Shown here: positions 1 to 10,097 of the stretch, in pieces | How positions within the stretch are numbered: position 1 is the first letter of the stretch | How the letters are laid out: each line of letters begins with the position of its first letter | Source of the DNA: Arenicellales bacterium | GTDB taxonomy: Bacteria; Pseudomonadota; Gammaproteobacteria; Arenicellales; JAJDZL01 | Direction of reading: 5' to 3' | Length of the DNA stretch: 64,000 nucleotides | Assembly (NCBI GenBank): GCA_965214785.1 | Contig: OZ243975.1 | Location: 1,824,232-1,888,231, forward strand | Program-made: the position numbers and the translations under genes | Notes under the pieces: generated by a model | Databases searched by the model: none | What the model was told of the DNA's origin: nothing | Seen by the model: the letters and a program-made list of their open reading frames with translations, nothing else

Positions 1-144
1 TCTTCATTCAAATTCTGTTGCTCAATTATCTGGTACAACTGAAAGTCGACTGATTGCTTGGATCTGACCGCCCCACATAACATTGAACGAAGCCGCTTTG
101 CGGCAATACTACTTACCATAACGGGCGCAAGGATTTCGTTAACC

Positions 145-175
145 CGTGATGCGTTCACTGAGCGAACGCATCACG
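145..175 (-). terminator. 12-bp perfect stem-loop overlapping the stop of the racemase-family gene
   Basis: CGTGATGCGTTC-ACTGAGC-GAACGCATCACG; no clear U-tract, so it may be an mRNA-stabilising hairpin. Confidence 0.4.
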
Positions 176-941
176 AATTGGGGAAATGCTTGCTCTGATA
201 AAGTCGCGTCAGCTGCTCGCTAACTCCCTGAACAGACTTGCGTTGCGGCCAACGTTTGTCAATAAGTCTTGCCGCCTTATCTGCATCCGATTGCAACTGC
301 TCTAATTGTTCAATCATTGTTTTGACTGCGTCGATCACATGCACCTCAGAGCAGATTCCATCAGCCAACCCTGCAAAAGCAGTAGCAAGCAAAACGACTG
401 AATCGGCCTTGTATTTGTCAACTGCGATACTGATTTCCTCCTCCAACCGCTGCTTAACCAGCTGCGGTTGCTGCAACTGTTCGCCACTTAGTGCTTCCAT
501 ACAGTGAACACCTCGTAAAAATTCGCTTGGCATATAGGTTCGGGCAAGTTTTTCATAAAGACGCTGGGTGCGTTTTGCAAAGGATAGCACTACGATAGAC
601 TGACTGACTTCCATGGCTTTTTGAATTGATGATTCTGCCATGCCTGCGACCGGCCCTGGCAGGATTTCACGCAAAGCTGCAAGTCCGGTATCAAATGAAA
701 CAGCGAGCGCAACACCGTCGAATCCTTCAGCGTGTTTGGCAGCAAGGTCCAATGCGCTGTGTGCGCCGATCACAATATCAGATTCACTGTTGATAATCGC
801 AGGTCCGAACTGGCCTGTCACACCTTCGATAACCGTATCGCTGTGTGCGACCGAGCGCGCAGCTTCAACTGCCCGGTGTGTGACAAATTCACTGGTATTG
901 GGATTGATAACAAGAATTCTCATCTGCCTGCCTGTTGTCAA
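171..941 (-). CDS. Asp/Glu/hydantoin racemase family protein
   Basis: N-terminal RILVINPNTS motif, AVSFDTGL..LRE and VIDAV motifs; canonical catalytic Cys residues not seen. Confidence 0.85.
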   Translation of the reverse strand: MTTGRQMRILVINPNTSEFVTHRAVEAARSVAHSDTVIEGVTGQFGPAIINSESDIVIGAHSALDLAAKHAEGFDGVALAVSFDTGLAALREILPGPVAGMAESSIQKAMEVSQSIVVLSFAKRTQRLYEKLARTYMPSEFLRGVHCMEALSGEQLQQPQLVKQRLEEEISIAVDKYKADSVVLLATAFAGLADGICSEVHVIDAVKTMIEQLEQLQSDADKAARLIDKRWPQRKSVQGVSEQLTRLYQSKHFPNS

Positions 942-947
942 ACGATG

Positions 948-1433
948 TTAACGAAATTCAATTGGTGGAGTAATTTTTGCGTGAATATGGGGAGTTCGAC
1001 CAGTGTAGCGCACTGGACGACTAGTACGAAAGTGAAACTCTCCCCTCTCCAATGTACTAGTTGCACCATAACCCTGAAATTCCGGCTCCGAAACATCACC
1101 TCGGTCTCTGGGATGCTTATACGCACCAAAGGCGTCGCATTGCCAGATTTCGACTTTCGCGCCGGATACAGGCTTGCCAATGGTATCCAACACGTAACCG
1201 GTTAGATGAACGACAATTCCAGTTGCAGGTCGAGACATCCCTTCAACCTGAATCAAGTCAGCATCGGAGTTCAATGGAAATTCTTTGGGATAGAACGGAC
1301 CTTCGATTTGCCTCGGAGTTAATTTGAGCAATGCCGTCGCCCCTACCAGAGTTTTCCTTGTGATCGACATATTCTCTTTAATGGTTAATCGACGGTCGTA
1401 TGCAAACCGAGTTCGCAAACCTTTTGTCCTCAA
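948..1433 (-). CDS. Intradiol ring-cleavage dioxygenase (protocatechuate 3,4-dioxygenase-like), apparently C-terminally truncated
   Basis: EGPFYP, VEIWQCDAFGAY and RYTGRTPHIH (Tyr/Tyr/His/His iron ligands); ends about 10 aa after HIH; real start probably MSITRK. Confidence 0.75.
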   Translation of the reverse strand: MRTKGLRTRFAYDRRLTIKENMSITRKTLVGATALLKLTPRQIEGPFYPKEFPLNSDADLIQVEGMSRPATGIVVHLTGYVLDTIGKPVSGAKVEIWQCDAFGAYKHPRDRGDVSEPEFQGYGATSTLERGEFHFRTSRPVRYTGRTPHIHAKITPPIEFR

Positions 1434-1596
1434 AAGACTGCTACAGTCTTACGTTCCTACGTTCGGGCATTGTACTCCAGTGTTGTACAAGGTCAATCGA
1501 GTAGAAATTGAACCCTCTGTAGCTTAGCGTGACAAAATAGGGAATATTCCCTATACAGGTTCTTAGAGCAAGGTGAATAATTGCATCTATTGATTT

Positions 1597-1617
1597 TGCT
1601 ATCATTGTATGCTATCA
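1597..1617 (+). promoter_or_regulatory. Candidate antitoxin operator: TGCTATCA-N5-TGCTATCA direct repeat
   Basis: Two exact TGCTATCA copies (1597-1604, 1610-1617) about 65 bp upstream of the FitA-like gene. Confidence 0.55.
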
Positions 1618-1682
1618 ATGTGTTGTTCTTATTCTATAGATCAATTTGAATTTCACAGTCAAAATGAACAAGGAGTATTCCA

Positions 1683-1940
1683 ATGAGTTCTGCCATAATT
1701 GTTCGAAACATCAATCCGAGCGATAAATCATGGATCAAGCAGGAAGCGGCACATAGAGGCCTGTCAATGGAAGAATTTGTTCGCCGTTTGATCCACGATA
1801 CACGTAAGCGTTCGCAGGGACATACAAAGCCGTCAGAAGCCTTCCAACGATATTTCGGGCAGGAACACGGAGTTGAATTGCCACTTTCTGGACGCTATGG
1901 CTATAAACCTGTTGCGCTTTCCGACAAGGGTGGATCATGA
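1683..1940 (+). CDS. FitA-like ribbon-helix-helix antitoxin
   Basis: IIVRNI...AAHRGLSMEEFVRRLI RHH/Arc pattern; AAGGAG RBS; ATGA overlap with the PIN toxin. Confidence 0.8.
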   Translation: MSSAIIVRNINPSDKSWIKQEAAHRGLSMEEFVRRLIHDTRKRSQGHTKPSEAFQRYFGQEHGVELPLSGRYGYKPVALSDKGGS

Positions 1941-2374
1941 CAGCACCTACATCGTGGCTTCTTGACACAAGTATTCTCTCCGAAATGATGCGCCCGAACC
2001 CGCAACCTCGGATTGCCGATTTTCTTGATGAAATTGCTCCAGAAGGGATTGGTCTTGCTGTAATAACGGTCTGGGAAATCCTCAATGGCATCGGCCAATT
2101 AGATTCTGGAAAACGTCGCAACGACATTGCTGATCGCTTTCAGAGAATAGTCGATGATTTCTTTGAAGATCGGATTTTCGACTGGACTTTAGCCGATGCT
2201 GAAACCTGCGCCCGCATCATGGAGGATAAACGCCGACGAGGTGAACCGCTCGATAGCCATCTTCCGGACGCAATGCTCGCTGGAACAGCCATTCGATGTG
2301 GTTGCGTGATAGTTACGCGCAACGAAAGCGAGTTTGTAAATACCGGTGCTAAGGTAGTCAATCCTTGGACTTAG
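1937..2374 (+). CDS. vapC: VapC/FitB PIN-domain ribonuclease toxin
   Basis: LLDTSILSE, WEI, DAMLAGTA, VTRN..EF...VNPW motifs. Confidence 0.9.
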   Translation: MTAPTSWLLDTSILSEMMRPNPQPRIADFLDEIAPEGIGLAVITVWEILNGIGQLDSGKRRNDIADRFQRIVDDFFEDRIFDWTLADAETCARIMEDKRRRGEPLDSHLPDAMLAGTAIRCGCVIVTRNESEFVNTGAKVVNPWT

Positions 2375-2534
2375 GAAGAAGATCTTCGAGTCTAATTACC
2401 GAAACGCTACACCATGACAAGTCGCAAAGGCGATACTGGTCTCAGACAAACGTCAACGTCTCCAATTTTCGGAACAATTGAATTTGAGTGATTGGGAATA
2501 GAGTGAATGATGAGTCTGCTTTTGCCGTAAAAAT

Positions 2535-3065
2535 ATGTTAAAAATTTTGACCAATTTTCGGTGTGTCTGTCTGGCTGCGGCACTTGTGAGCGCAGCACTG
2601 ATCGCCACTGCCTACTACATGCAGTACGTCATGTATCTTGACCCGTGTCCACTTTGTATGGTACAGCGAATCTTGATTTTCATAATCGGAATATTATGCC
2701 TTGGTGCTTTTGTTCACAATCCCGGTGCCGTAGGCCAGCGAATTTATGGCACAGGATTTCTGATCTTTTCCCTTTTGGGTGTTGCTGCCGCAGGACGCCA
2801 TGTCTGGTTACAGAACTTGCCAACTGACCGTATACCCGAGTGTTTCCCGGGACTGGAGTTTATTTTTCAATCGCATCCATTGATCGATGCAATAAAGGTC
2901 GTACTGAGCGGGACCGGAGAATGTGCTGAAACGCTTTGGACATTCCTCGGCATCAGCATTCCCGGCTGGACCCTGATCGCCTTTATTGGGTTTTGCATAA
3001 CGGCGGTATTCGTAATCATGCTGTCATCAGTGAAAAGATGGCAGCCCAAAGACTCTGCCGTCTGA
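2535..3065 (+). CDS. dsbB: Disulfide bond formation protein B
   Basis: PCPLCMVQR motif, four TM helices, second Cys pair (PEC...GECA), IPGW. Confidence 0.93.
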   Translation: MLKILTNFRCVCLAAALVSAALIATAYYMQYVMYLDPCPLCMVQRILIFIIGILCLGAFVHNPGAVGQRIYGTGFLIFSLLGVAAAGRHVWLQNLPTDRIPECFPGLEFIFQSHPLIDAIKVVLSGTGECAETLWTFLGISIPGWTLIAFIGFCITAVFVIMLSSVKRWQPKDSAV

Positions 3066-3094
3066 AATCGATACTTGCACTGACATTCAACGCG

Positions 3095-4849
3095 CTACTT
3101 CGCTTCATCGATTGAAGATTCTGGCCAAAGATCTTCGAGCACGGTTTGTTTGTCCCCAAAAGCGAACAATCCAAATCGCTTTTGTCTTTTAGACTTGGCA
3201 ACGCGATTGACTTTGGCAAACACTCGCCAGAACCTCGCTCCTTGCCAGTTTTCCGTCCTTGGAGAATATATGCTTTCATCCATCGCGGTGAGTTCATCAG
3301 TCAACTCACCACTTCCAAGAACATTGGCTAATTCAAGCAAGTTTGCGGGTGAATCTTCCTTCCACCTGATTTTCGCCCATGCCAAAAGATGTCTGCTTGC
3401 AGCACTGATGTCGTTATCCATGCAAGCTTTTTTGATTTGTCGGCGGCGTTTGTGTAGTGCTTGTGCATCGCGGTCATCGAGTTGCTCGTCGATGCGCTGC
3501 GTTAGCGGCTGGTTGCGCCACTTTCGCCAACTAACATACCAAAATCCCATTGTAACTAACCATATCGCCAGTACAGCTGCACTGACCCACTTCCAGATCG
3601 AATCAGCACCGCTTGAAGTGCGGATAAGCGAATCGGTCAAACCGCCAAATTCGCTTTGCGCCGATACACTGTCTCCTTGAACCAATGGCAGTACTTGGGC
3701 ATTGGTAACCGCCGGCAGCCGCGCTACTCTTTCTTCGTCGGCATCTACATCCCACCATACAACTTCAAACGCAGGGACCTCCACTTTACCAGCATTTTTA
3801 GGGATAACCACGAACTCTTCTACCCGTTTTGCAACCACCAGACCGTTCGACAAACCATCGGACATCTGTGGATTTGTGCTGTAAACCCGAACCGTGTCGT
3901 TGCCTACATACTCGGGAGTTGACAAGTGTGTAGACCTTAACCCGACAGCGTCGATAGTAATCGTCCTTGGTTCCGACTTACCGGCTTCAAAGTCCGGTAT
4001 CGAACCTTGCCACGAGTCTGTAATCTGCAAATTCTTCGCTGGAAGCCAAGTGCTGCCCGAGTAGGATTGCGGCTTGGGGCGAACAACAACCTTAAGTGGG
4101 CGGGAACTGACACGTATTCGACTGTGATCTCTTTGTAATGTTGCATTGTTGACAGTCGAAACAATGCCATTAAAATCAATCGGAGGAATTTCAAACTCAC
4201 CGCTGTTTTGCGCAAACGTGACATGACGAAATTCAGCTACGCTGTATTTTCTTCCTCCCTGTTCGGCTGTGTAACGCCGGTCACTGCCGAGTTTTTCGAT
4301 CTTGCCAAACGCAATGTCAGGCTCTTTCACTTCACCTCGAACAATGTCGAGCGCATAAAACAGACGGGTTACGATGGTAACCTGAGACTGAACATATGGA
4401 TTTTCGGGAATCACTTCCACTTCGACAAATACATCATCGTCTGTAGAGGGAATTTGCGGCTGGTATTCGCCCACCTGAATCTCAAGCGCATTTGTCGTCA
4501 GCCCTCCAACTGCAATCGGCGGGATTGTCAACGTGCCCAAACGGCGCGGACGAATCTCCACAACCCAACTTTGTGAAACATGCGTCTGTCCGTTATCCAC
4601 CCGTACATTGGTTTGATTGGATTGGCCGATAATCTCAAAATCCTGCTCGACAGCGCCAAGCTGCGGCTGGTACCCCATCAGCGACTGACCTTCTGCGGTG
4701 ATGACGAGTTTTGCAGTCTCATCGACGTAAATGGAAGATCGGTCGATTTCAGCACTCACCTGATCACCAGCTGCCGGCTGATATGCAACTAAAAACAATA
4801 CAGAAAACAAAACGGCTGTAATTCGCTTTTGTAAGGTGAAGTTCATCAT
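3095..4849 (-). CDS. batD: BatD family protein
   Basis: Signal peptide, repeated Ig-like BatD segments (PYVQSQV, WLPAKNL, WWDV), C-terminal TM; last gene of a MoxR-VWA operon. Confidence 0.88.
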   Translation of the reverse strand: MMNFTLQKRITAVLFSVLFLVAYQPAAGDQVSAEIDRSSIYVDETAKLVITAEGQSLMGYQPQLGAVEQDFEIIGQSNQTNVRVDNGQTHVSQSWVVEIRPRRLGTLTIPPIAVGGLTTNALEIQVGEYQPQIPSTDDDVFVEVEVIPENPYVQSQVTIVTRLFYALDIVRGEVKEPDIAFGKIEKLGSDRRYTAEQGGRKYSVAEFRHVTFAQNSGEFEIPPIDFNGIVSTVNNATLQRDHSRIRVSSRPLKVVVRPKPQSYSGSTWLPAKNLQITDSWQGSIPDFEAGKSEPRTITIDAVGLRSTHLSTPEYVGNDTVRVYSTNPQMSDGLSNGLVVAKRVEEFVVIPKNAGKVEVPAFEVVWWDVDADEERVARLPAVTNAQVLPLVQGDSVSAQSEFGGLTDSLIRTSSGADSIWKWVSAAVLAIWLVTMGFWYVSWRKWRNQPLTQRIDEQLDDRDAQALHKRRRQIKKACMDNDISAASRHLLAWAKIRWKEDSPANLLELANVLGSGELTDELTAMDESIYSPRTENWQGARFWRVFAKVNRVAKSKRQKRFGLFAFGDKQTVLEDLWPESSIDEAK

Positions 4850-4856
4850 TGTCGCT

Positions 4857-6605
4857 TTACCACGGCTGGTCTACGTCCGGCAATATTTCCCGGGATTGCG
4901 CTTCATAATAAAACTTTCGGCGAAGCAATCCACCTGGGTCTTCATTTACCTGTCGAAGTAATTGCTCGATGACCTGCTGGTGCTCTTCGTCGAGTAAGGC
5001 CTGCATATTTACATTTTCTTCGCTAGCCGGTTCACTGTCTTGAAGTTTCTCCTTCTGTGCCATTTCACTGGTGCCCTGAGACTGTTGGCCGCGCTGCTGC
5101 TCCGCTTCGCTTTGTTGCTGCTCGTCTGACTGTTCGTCACTGTCAGACCCTTGCGGCATCCGTTCTAGTTCATCGGCTTCAGATTGGTCGCTTTGCGCAT
5201 CTTGCGATTCACCTTCCTGTGATTGTTGCTGTTCGCCTTGGGTCTGGTTTTGTTCCAGCAGCTTTTTTACGAGGTCCAGGTTGAATTGTGCATCGTCAAA
5301 CTGAGGGTCGATTTCAAGCGCTTGTTCATACTGATCGATGGCGCCTTGCAAGTCACCGCTTTTTGCCAGCGCATTTGCCTGATTGTAGCGGGCAATTTTG
5401 CCAGTTGATTTCTCAAATTCCTGCGCGGCCGCTTCGAAGTCATCGTTACGATAATATGCGATGCCGCTCCACTGAGAATGAGCCGCTAAACTCGGATCGT
5501 CATAGGTTTGCGAAGCCACAGCAGCGGCCGCGCGCTGATCAGATCGCTGCCAAAGGTGACTCCATTCAAATGCCATGGACTTGTCAAAAGGAATTGCAAA
5601 AACAATCAATGCGATCCCTAACACCCACCCTCTTTTGAAAATGAATGCGAATATAAAAATCAAAGGAAGTAAAAACCAGGCGCCGCGGTCTTTCCACTGC
5701 GTAGTGGCTACCTGATCGCCGTCGAAATCACTGTGCGCGATTTGCGAACTTTGGCTCCAGGGCAATTGCAAATCCGAAGCTTCGTTAGAGATCACAGTCA
5801 GTTTTCCGCCACCGATAGCGGCAAGGTTATCGAGCGCATCTCGGTCCAGCAGCGCCACAACAAACTCGCCAGATGAATCCTTTAGGTATTCACCGCTTTG
5901 AAATCGAACAGGTGCCCCGATTGAAGTGCCAATACCCACAACAGAAAGTCGATAACCGTCGTTTACCAATTCGCGAGCGGCGTCAAACGCATTTGCATCG
6001 ATACCGTCGGTTAACAAAATAACATTGCCAGAATCGAATCCTGAGCGTTTTAGCAGCTCTGTAGCCCGATACAAGCCTAAAGAGGCGTTGCTGCCCTGCA
6101 AAGGAACCATATCGGTTTGAAGTGACTGGATCAAGTGAGTAACGGTACGGATATCGTCTGAAACTGGAGTCACATTGAAAGCATCGCCCGCGAAAGCAAT
6201 CAGACCGACTGACTGTCCGTCTAAGTTTTCTATCAACTCCAGCGCCTTGTATCTTGCTCGTTCCAGTCTTGATGGAGCAAGATCAGTTGAATTCATTGAT
6301 CTGGACAGATCAAAAACGATCACGGTAGCATCAACACTTCGAAAAAGCTGTGTTTTTTCCTTATCCCAGGCGGGTCCAGCTAATGCCACCACCGCCAGCG
6401 TCCAGCCAACAACAATCATTACCCACGTGGGTATGGATTTTGATTTGTTAACGCTCACTACCAGATCTGAAATAAGGTGAGGGTCACACACCTGTTTCCA
6501 GCTGTCAGTAGGCCTGCCTGTCAACCCATAGGCTACAGCAAACCCAACCGGCAACAGCAACAGCCACCAGGGTCTAATGAATACCAGATTTGAAAATATC
6601 TCCAC
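4857..6605 (-). CDS. VWA + TPR protein (BatB/BatC fusion)
   Basis: RPWWLLLL, MIDAS DLSRSM, PSRL.RA, LLTDG, TPR (YNQANALAK...A.FNL), Q/E-rich linker, DPGGLLRRKF. Confidence 0.9.
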   Translation of the reverse strand: MEIFSNLVFIRPWWLLLLPVGFAVAYGLTGRPTDSWKQVCDPHLISDLVVSVNKSKSIPTWVMIVVGWTLAVVALAGPAWDKEKTQLFRSVDATVIVFDLSRSMNSTDLAPSRLERARYKALELIENLDGQSVGLIAFAGDAFNVTPVSDDIRTVTHLIQSLQTDMVPLQGSNASLGLYRATELLKRSGFDSGNVILLTDGIDANAFDAARELVNDGYRLSVVGIGTSIGAPVRFQSGEYLKDSSGEFVVALLDRDALDNLAAIGGGKLTVISNEASDLQLPWSQSSQIAHSDFDGDQVATTQWKDRGAWFLLPLIFIFAFIFKRGWVLGIALIVFAIPFDKSMAFEWSHLWQRSDQRAAAAVASQTYDDPSLAAHSQWSGIAYYRNDDFEAAAQEFEKSTGKIARYNQANALAKSGDLQGAIDQYEQALEIDPQFDDAQFNLDLVKKLLEQNQTQGEQQQSQEGESQDAQSDQSEADELERMPQGSDSDEQSDEQQQSEAEQQRGQQSQGTSEMAQKEKLQDSEPASEENVNMQALLDEEHQQVIEQLLRQVNEDPGGLLRRKFYYEAQSREILPDVDQPW

Positions 6606-7575
6606 TTGTGTCCCTGCCTGTGACTGATTGCCAACCGAATGCGGGCATCACAACATGCAAAACCAGCAATAAAAATAACAGCATCGATGTAGCAAGCGAC
6701 CAAGGATACAGCTCTTGCATTTTGGTGAAACTTCGTTCATCAGCTTCAATCGGCTCGAAAGCATCAATTTGACGGTAAATTTCTTCCAGAGATTTCGAAT
6801 TGGCTGCATGAAAATAACGGCCGCCTGTTGTTTCCGCAATGTGAGGCAACACATTGACGCTGCGGTCAGAACTTCCAAGTGTGTGATCCGGTCCGATTCC
6901 AATCACAAATATCCTTACTCCAAATTCAACTGCAATCTGAAGTGACTGCGATGGCGTCAGCGTGCCAGCGGAATTTTCGCCATCAGTCATCAAAATCAGG
7001 ATTCGATTGTCTGCTGAACGCTCTCGCAACACTTTTGAAGCCAGTGCGATGGTATCGCCGATTGCTGTTCGTTTGCCAGCGAAACCAATACGCGACCCAT
7101 TTAAAAACTCCACAACAGTCTTAACATCAAAAGTCAGCGGAGCATACAGATAGGGCTGGCTGCCAAACACAATCAGTCCGACTCTGTCCCCCACTCGACG
7201 TTCAATAAAATCGCCCGCGATTTGTCGAACCGCATCGAACCTCGTCACCCGATTATTGGCAAAATCAGCAGTCTCCATGCTGCCTGAGAGATCCATTGCG
7301 ATGAGAAGATCTCGGCCGGTCACTGGAATTTTCACCGTCTGCTCAATCCAAACCGGCCGCGCACACGCTACAACAAGAAACAACCAGGCTGCTGCTGCAA
7401 GTGCCAATGCTGTTTTGGAGATCATCGATCCGGTCAGCGCTTCATCGGTTACTGCCTTATAAAACGGAATTCTCAAAGACGCTGTTCGCGCCTCGGATTT
7501 TGGCACCAATTTCCAAACCACAAACGGAAGGGGCATGAACGCTAACAGCCATGGCCAAACCAGCTCAAACATCAC
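6574..7575 (-). CDS. batA: VWA domain protein BatA
   Basis: GRDLLIAMDLSGSM, DRVGLIVFG, TAIGD, LMTDGEN, TGGRYF. Confidence 0.9.
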   Translation of the reverse strand: MMFELVWPWLLAFMPLPFVVWKLVPKSEARTASLRIPFYKAVTDEALTGSMISKTALALAAAAWLFLVVACARPVWIEQTVKIPVTGRDLLIAMDLSGSMETADFANNRVTRFDAVRQIAGDFIERRVGDRVGLIVFGSQPYLYAPLTFDVKTVVEFLNGSRIGFAGKRTAIGDTIALASKVLRERSADNRILILMTDGENSAGTLTPSQSLQIAVEFGVRIFVIGIGPDHTLGSSDRSVNVLPHIAETTGGRYFHAANSKSLEEIYRQIDAFEPIEADERSFTKMQELYPWSLATSMLLFLLLVLHVVMPAFGWQSVTGRDTSGDIFKSGIH

Positions 7576-8039
7576 TTAGACCCCTTCAGCACAGTCAAAA
7601 CCCATTGCCGGCACACCTGATGCACAGCTGCGATGTCAATATCCGAATTGCGGGTGTACGGCGCGTCAGCCAAAAATCGACCTGCCCCCTGAGTGAATTG
7701 GTCGGTATTTCCGCTTCGGTCGAGGAACTCAAGCCAGTCGTCACCGGTGAGACCTGCGGTTTGTGATCGTGGAAATCGTGTTATCGCGATTTTGCGCATC
7801 ACTACCGAAAGAGCGCGAAGCGCAGCGTGTGGCTGCAGTGTCAAGACTTCGTCAAGGTGCACGGCAATCGACTTGTGTTCACCTCGTCTCATTACAACTT
7901 TGACTATCCAGACAGCCAGACCAATTGCAGCGACAGCAGCGATTAACAAAAGCCACCAGCCGATCGCTGGCGGCCAAAATTGCGGTGCTGGAGGCATCAG
8001 CACATCGCGCAAATTTTCCAGTAACTGCTGATTTGGCAT
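7572..8039 (-). CDS. DUF4381 family membrane protein
   Basis: LRDV..P....WPPAIGWW and LTG..WL.FLD motifs; position in bat operon. Confidence 0.85.
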   Translation of the reverse strand: MPNQQLLENLRDVLMPPAPQFWPPAIGWWLLLIAAVAAIGLAVWIVKVVMRRGEHKSIAVHLDEVLTLQPHAALRALSVVMRKIAITRFPRSQTAGLTGDDWLEFLDRSGNTDQFTQGAGRFLADAPYTRNSDIDIAAVHQVCRQWVLTVLKGSK

Positions 8040-8114
8040 TTGAAACTAAGTCTTATTCACCGGTTCGACAATTCATACGCGCCAACACTCTTGCGACTTT
8101 AAAGCGCGAGCGTC

Positions 8115-9059
8115 TCAACCGCGTCGATTTTTCACCATCGAGTAATGCTTTCGTCGAGCCCCTCGGTGAAACGATTTATACAAAACACGGATCACGTCAT
8201 CCCCTGGATACAGTTCAATAACTGATGCACCTAGGCGTTTCACATCCTTTTCGATTTGCGCTCGCCTGTCATCAAGAATATTCTGCATAGCATTGACCTG
8301 TGTGCGTGACAACAAGCGAATCGTGGAAAAATTGCTGTCATCGGTAACGCGATAGTTGCCAGGGGGCAATGCGTTAATCTCGGTACGGTCCATTACCCAG
8401 CAGGCGATCATGAATCGACGGCGACCCAGATATTCCATCGCTTTGATCGAATCCAAAGGCAATTGTGCAAAGTCACTGATTACCACGGTTAAATCACCGG
8501 GTCGAATTCGTTTGGTTATGGTTGAAAGTCTCCCTTCGGCGCTGTGATTGAGCTCGTCGAATGCGCAGCGGCTCATGCTTGACAGCATTCTTAACTGGCG
8601 CACAATGACGCCAATTGAAGCTGCAGGGCGAATCATCACCAGACCATGATCTGTCAATCCCACCATGGAGACCAAATCGCCGCTATAGTAAGCCGCCCAT
8701 GCAACTAAAGCGGCTGTTTCAGCGGCTATAACCGATTTGAAAGCAACTCGTGTGCCGAATCGCATGGATTGTGTCATATCGACAATCAGATGAACGGCGC
8801 GTTTTCGATCTTCCTGAAAGACCTTGGTATGCGCTGTACCCGTTCGGGCAGTAACACGCCAGTCGATGGATCGCACATCGTCGCCTTCAGCGTATTTTCG
8901 CGATTCAGCATATTCCATTCCTTGGCCAAGGATTGCTGACAAGTCTCCGCCTGCAAGCAATTCAGAACGATGAACTGGAAGCCTCAGGCCGTGGGCCCTG
9001 GCGCGTAGCGAAATGAGCTGTTCAGCCGAAACAGTGCTGCCTTGCAACATGGACAGCAA
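8115..9059 (-). CDS. DUF58 domain protein
   Basis: GMEYAESRKY..GDDVRSIDWRVTAR; SMRFG; ISDF. Confidence 0.9.
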   Translation of the reverse strand: MLSMLQGSTVSAEQLISLRARAHGLRLPVHRSELLAGGDLSAILGQGMEYAESRKYAEGDDVRSIDWRVTARTGTAHTKVFQEDRKRAVHLIVDMTQSMRFGTRVAFKSVIAAETAALVAWAAYYSGDLVSMVGLTDHGLVMIRPAASIGVIVRQLRMLSSMSRCAFDELNHSAEGRLSTITKRIRPGDLTVVISDFAQLPLDSIKAMEYLGRRRFMIACWVMDRTEINALPPGNYRVTDDSNFSTIRLLSRTQVNAMQNILDDRRAQIEKDVKRLGASVIELYPGDDVIRVLYKSFHRGARRKHYSMVKNRRG

Positions 9060-9064
9060 TCACC

Positions 9065-10075
9065 TTAAGGAACTGCAACCACCGAGATCAACTGGCGGAT
9101 AATGTCATCAACGTCAACGTTTTGCGCTTCGGCTTCGTAGGTCAGAAGCAAACGATGACGCAGCACATCAAGTGCAACGTCCTGAACATCGGCCGGTGAA
9201 ACATAGTCCCGCTCAGCCAGCCAGGCTTTCGCCCGTGAACACATATCCAGCGCAATTGTTCCGCGAGGGCTGGCGCCGACTTCAATCAACTCAGCGATTT
9301 GTTTGCTGTAATTTGAACTGTTCCGGGTTGCATCGACCAACTCGATAATGTATCGCTCCACGCTCGGCTCCATATGCAAAGCCAACAGTTCGTTTCGGGC
9401 AGTTGCAATTTGCTGGTATGTGACCTTAGAAATTTGACCGGAGTGCGACGGTTCGGTTCGACTTGCCTCTGTACGAGCAATTTTGAGAATTTCATGTTCA
9501 TCGGACTTATCTGGATACCACACTCGCACCTGCATCAAGAACCGGTCTCGCTGCGCTTCGGGCAACATGTAAGTGCCTTCGTGCTCGATTGGATTCTGTG
9601 TAGCCATCACCATAAACAAGTCCGGCAGCGGGTAAGTTTTACTGCCCACTGTGATTTGCCTTTCTTCCATTGCCTCTAGCAATGCAGACTGTACTTTTGC
9701 AGGTGCTCGATTAATTTCATCTGCCAATATGATTTCGTGAAACAGCGGGCCTTTTTTGAATTCAAAACTGGCTGTTTGCGGACGGTACACATCGGTACCC
9801 GTCAGATCTGCGGGCAAAAGGTCCGGTGTGAACTGAACCCGGTGAAATTCCCCTTCGATAAAATTCGCAAGTTCCTTTACCGAGCGGGTTTTCGCAAGGC
9901 CCGGGAAGCCTTCAAGCAGCAGGTGTCCCGAACAAAGAAGCGAAATTACCAAACGTTCGATCAGCACTTGCTGACCGACAATTCGATCAGCCAGCCGGTT
10001 CGGAATATCGCGGATCGCAGATGTTGAAACGCCGATTGGCTTGTTGCCGAATATTTCCTCAATACCAGTTCGCAT
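9065..10075 (-). CDS. moxR: MoxR family AAA+ ATPase
   Basis: LEGFPGLAKT, RVQFTPDLLPAD, LADEINRAPAKVQSALLEAM, ATQNPIE.EGTY. Confidence 0.95.
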   Translation of the reverse strand: MRTGIEEIFGNKPIGVSTSAIRDIPNRLADRIVGQQVLIERLVISLLCSGHLLLEGFPGLAKTRSVKELANFIEGEFHRVQFTPDLLPADLTGTDVYRPQTASFEFKKGPLFHEIILADEINRAPAKVQSALLEAMEERQITVGSKTYPLPDLFMVMATQNPIEHEGTYMLPEAQRDRFLMQVRVWYPDKSDEHEILKIARTEASRTEPSHSGQISKVTYQQIATARNELLALHMEPSVERYIIELVDATRNSSNYSKQIAELIEVGASPRGTIALDMCSRAKAWLAERDYVSPADVQDVALDVLRHRLLLTYEAEAQNVDVDDIIRQLISVVAVP

Positions 10076-10097
10076 AATCAGACAACTTCGGGTGTAT

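Noticed and set aside
1-119. Possible minus-strand gene start (MVSSIAAKRL...) running off the window edge
   Set aside because: Only about 39 codons are visible, with no motif or RBS support.
3095-10075. MoxR-VWA operon as a novel system
   Set aside because: It matches the widespread bat-type arrangement in gene order and motifs.
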